From positions 236,896 through 300,895 of the forward strand of contig JAAOMT010000029.1 in assembly GCA_016748015.1 (NCBI GenBank): DNA of 64,000 nt, in the 5' to 3' direction. The position numbers and the translations under genes are program-made. The stretch is from Geosiphon pyriformis uo1. Its lineage: Eukaryota; Fungi; Glomeromycota. Below the pieces are notes generated by a model, which was not told the origin of the DNA, did no database searches, and worked only from the letters and a program-made list of their open reading frames with translations. This document shows, piece by piece, positions 61,285 to 64,000 of the stretch (the first letter of the stretch is position 1; each line of letters opens with the position of its first letter).

Positions 61285-64000
61285 TAACAAAATAAAATAG
61301 AAATAAAATAATAGTTTTAATATAGAAAACTAAATTAAGAAAATTTTTTTATGTTTTAACAAAGTATAGTCTAATTATTATCTAATACAATTCAATAATA
61401 AATGTTTTAATAACAAATTAGTTAATGAAAATTTTTAGTATAATAAATAATTTAAAACCAAATTTTAATAGATCGAAAAAAACAGTTTTATAATTAAAAA
61501 TCAAATAATTTAAATTTAAATATTTGTAATAATATTACTATTTAAAAGTGTTAATTAAAATATAATTTTTTTTTAATCAAAGTTTTTAAAAAATTTTAAA
61601 CTCTTTTTCTCTTCTATTTTCATAAGCAAAAATAAAAATGTTGTGACTCTTTTATTTTCTAAAGCACTTTATAATATTTTATTGGTAATTAAGTTGGTTT
61701 TTTTTATTCTTTTTTTACTGTTGCTTAAATAACTAAAAAAGCCAAAATGGCTAAGAAACAACTTTTTTAATTATCTGTTATAATTAATAACAACTCTTTT
61801 AAATTGCTGAAAAAAAATTTCTGGTATTTTTGGTATTAGTTTTAATATTTTAAAACCAAGCTATTCTTATCAATTAAAAAATCCAGATTGCTTTTTTGAG
61901 CATTAATAAATTTTTAATTACAATAATAAAAAATAAATTACATAAGTATCTTGGTATTTTTTTTGGTAATTAATAGACTTTTCAGGTTTTGTTTAATTAA
62001 AGTACATTTAAATGTTAAATTTTTTTCAAACATGGTTTTAAAAAAAGCTATTTTGAATAAACAATTTCATTATTTGGTCTTAAAAGTTTTAAATTCTATT
62101 AGTAATTACAGATTTCAATTTAGCTTTGTGTTAAAAAATATGTACAATAAATAAGATATATTTTAATAATTCTTTTTTTATGAAAAAATTATTAAATAAA
62201 AAACAGTATTACTTTAACTAAAAGTGTTTTTAATATTAAAAAAACTTAATTTTAAAAATTTTATGTTTATTTAATCTATATTAATGATTAAATACTTGAA
62301 TAATTATGTATTTAATAATATTAATTTAATTTAATTGCATATTTTATGCTCTAATAACTTGTGATTTTAGTATAATTTATAAAAACTTAATAAAAACCAA
62401 TCTAATTAATATTAATATTTTTATAAATAAATCTTTAATAAATTTGAATTTTTTTATATAACCAATAGTACTTTAATATTTTTTAAGAATTTGGGTTTAA
62501 ACATTAATATAGAAATATATAATCTAATTTTATTTATAATAACTAAATTATAAATAATTGTTTTAGTTTTGAAATACATTTAATATTTAATAATATTATA
62601 ATAAACATAAATAATTAGACTGTTTTAAATATTTGTGTCTTAAAAACTTGTTTTTTTTTATTAGATTTTTAGATTTATTGTTAATTAAAAAAGCAATATA
62701 TAATAAATATTATAAAAAAAATTAAAAGTTATTTAAACCAAGATTAAGAGTTATTTAATTATTTTATTAGTTTAGTAATATTGTTATCTTTTTTATTTTT
62801 TGTTTTAGTATTAAAAAATATATAAAAACTAATATAATAGTAGTTTTTATTAATATTAAATATTTATTATATTTAAAGTAATTAGTTATTATTAAAAATT
62901 TAGTTTTAATACAAATATTATTAATTAAAAAATATAAATTGAATATATTTTTTTTTAGTTTAGCATTTTGACTTATATATAACTGCTAAATATATAAACA
63001 AATATTTTGTTAATTTGTATTTATACATTATAAAAATTATTTATAAAAGATTACTAATTATTATTAAAAAATATTTATAAAATAAATTATATTTTAATAT
63101 TTTGTATTTTTATTATAATAAAATAAAACTTTTTAATTATATGTTTATATATAATATAAATTTAAATATTTATAAAAATTTGTTAATTGTTCATATTATT
63201 TATTAAATTTTTCTAATTTATATATATGTCTTATTATTTTTAATATTTTAAATACTGCTTTTTAGTAAAATTAATATTAAATTATATATGATTTATATAA
63301 AAAATTTATTTTTAAGAAATAATTTTGTAAAGTATTTACAGTTTTAATATTGTTAAAAAAACAGTTTTTAAGTTAATTATTTTTATATATAATTTAGTAA
63401 TTAAATATTATGATAAAATTTAATTATATAAAAAATTAATATAAATAAATTTAATTTAATATACAATAATAATTTAATGCTTTTTGCTATTAGTAATTTG
63501 TTATTAAATAAAATAATTTAATTATTTGATATAATTAAAATTTTTGGCATAAGTTTTAAAACATATATATATTGTTTGTTTTATTTAAATCTAAATAATA
63601 ATATTACTATTAAAATAAATATATAGTATAATTTTAATTAATTCAAGTAATTAATTATATATAATAAATATATAAATTATATTAAGTTTAAAATACTTAA
63701 TTATTAAATTATATTAAATAATAATTAGACTTTATATATTAAAAAAAAATTATTAAGTTTATATAAATATTTTTATGTTTTTATATTTTAATTAAAATTT
63801 AATTATTTTTGGTTTTTGTATTTATTATTTATTATAAAAAATTATTATAATTTTAATATATTATAAAAATTATATTGATTTAAATAAATAATATTTTTAA
63901 AACTAATTAAAAAAATCTTTTTTCTTTCTTATATTCAAATATTTATTAAAAAGTACTTATTTTATAAAGAAGTTTTTAATTATTTAGTATGATAAATCCA
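61285..64000. other. Extremely AT-rich, G/C-eroded non-coding block
   Basis: Almost no G/C and no credible ORF. Similar blocks occur at about 13300-14200, 23700-24250, 28650-29500, 36100-37600, 43500-45100 and 58400-59135. Confidence 0.8.

Overview
AT-rich, intron-containing fungal nuclear DNA. Gene content suggests an early-diverging fungus, most likely Glomeromycotina (inference from the F-box/RNI gene, intronless alpha-arrestin, repeated class-3 lipases and intron-bearing pogo element). Recognisable genes: a PIN-like (PILS/Mem_trans) transporter, an alpha-arrestin with a polyQ tail, an SRA1/Sec31-domain mini-protein, COQ4, a METTL23-like methyltransferase, an F-box/LRR protein, a Pmp3/Sna proteolipid with micro-exons, a GPI-anchored surface protein, a pepsin-like protease, tRNA-Val(CAC) and SER3/33. 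Mobile elements: a decayed Tc1 and a full-length but inactive pogo/Tigger element with TIRs and TA target duplication. The most notable items are: (1) a convergent, recently duplicated pair of secreted genes with a Kex2-type site, encoding Gly/Asn repeat proteins with a 9/18-residue period (candidate beta-solenoids); (2) two mutually diverged, intronless, bacterial-type uridine-kinase pseudogenes 25 kb apart that the ORF track misses, one preceded by a HAD-like relic, which may be fossil DNA from endobacteria; (3) three paralogous class-3 lipases with identical intron positions, two of which have Gly instead of the catalytic Ser. Exon structures were assembled by eye from GT..AG boundaries and reading-frame continuity.
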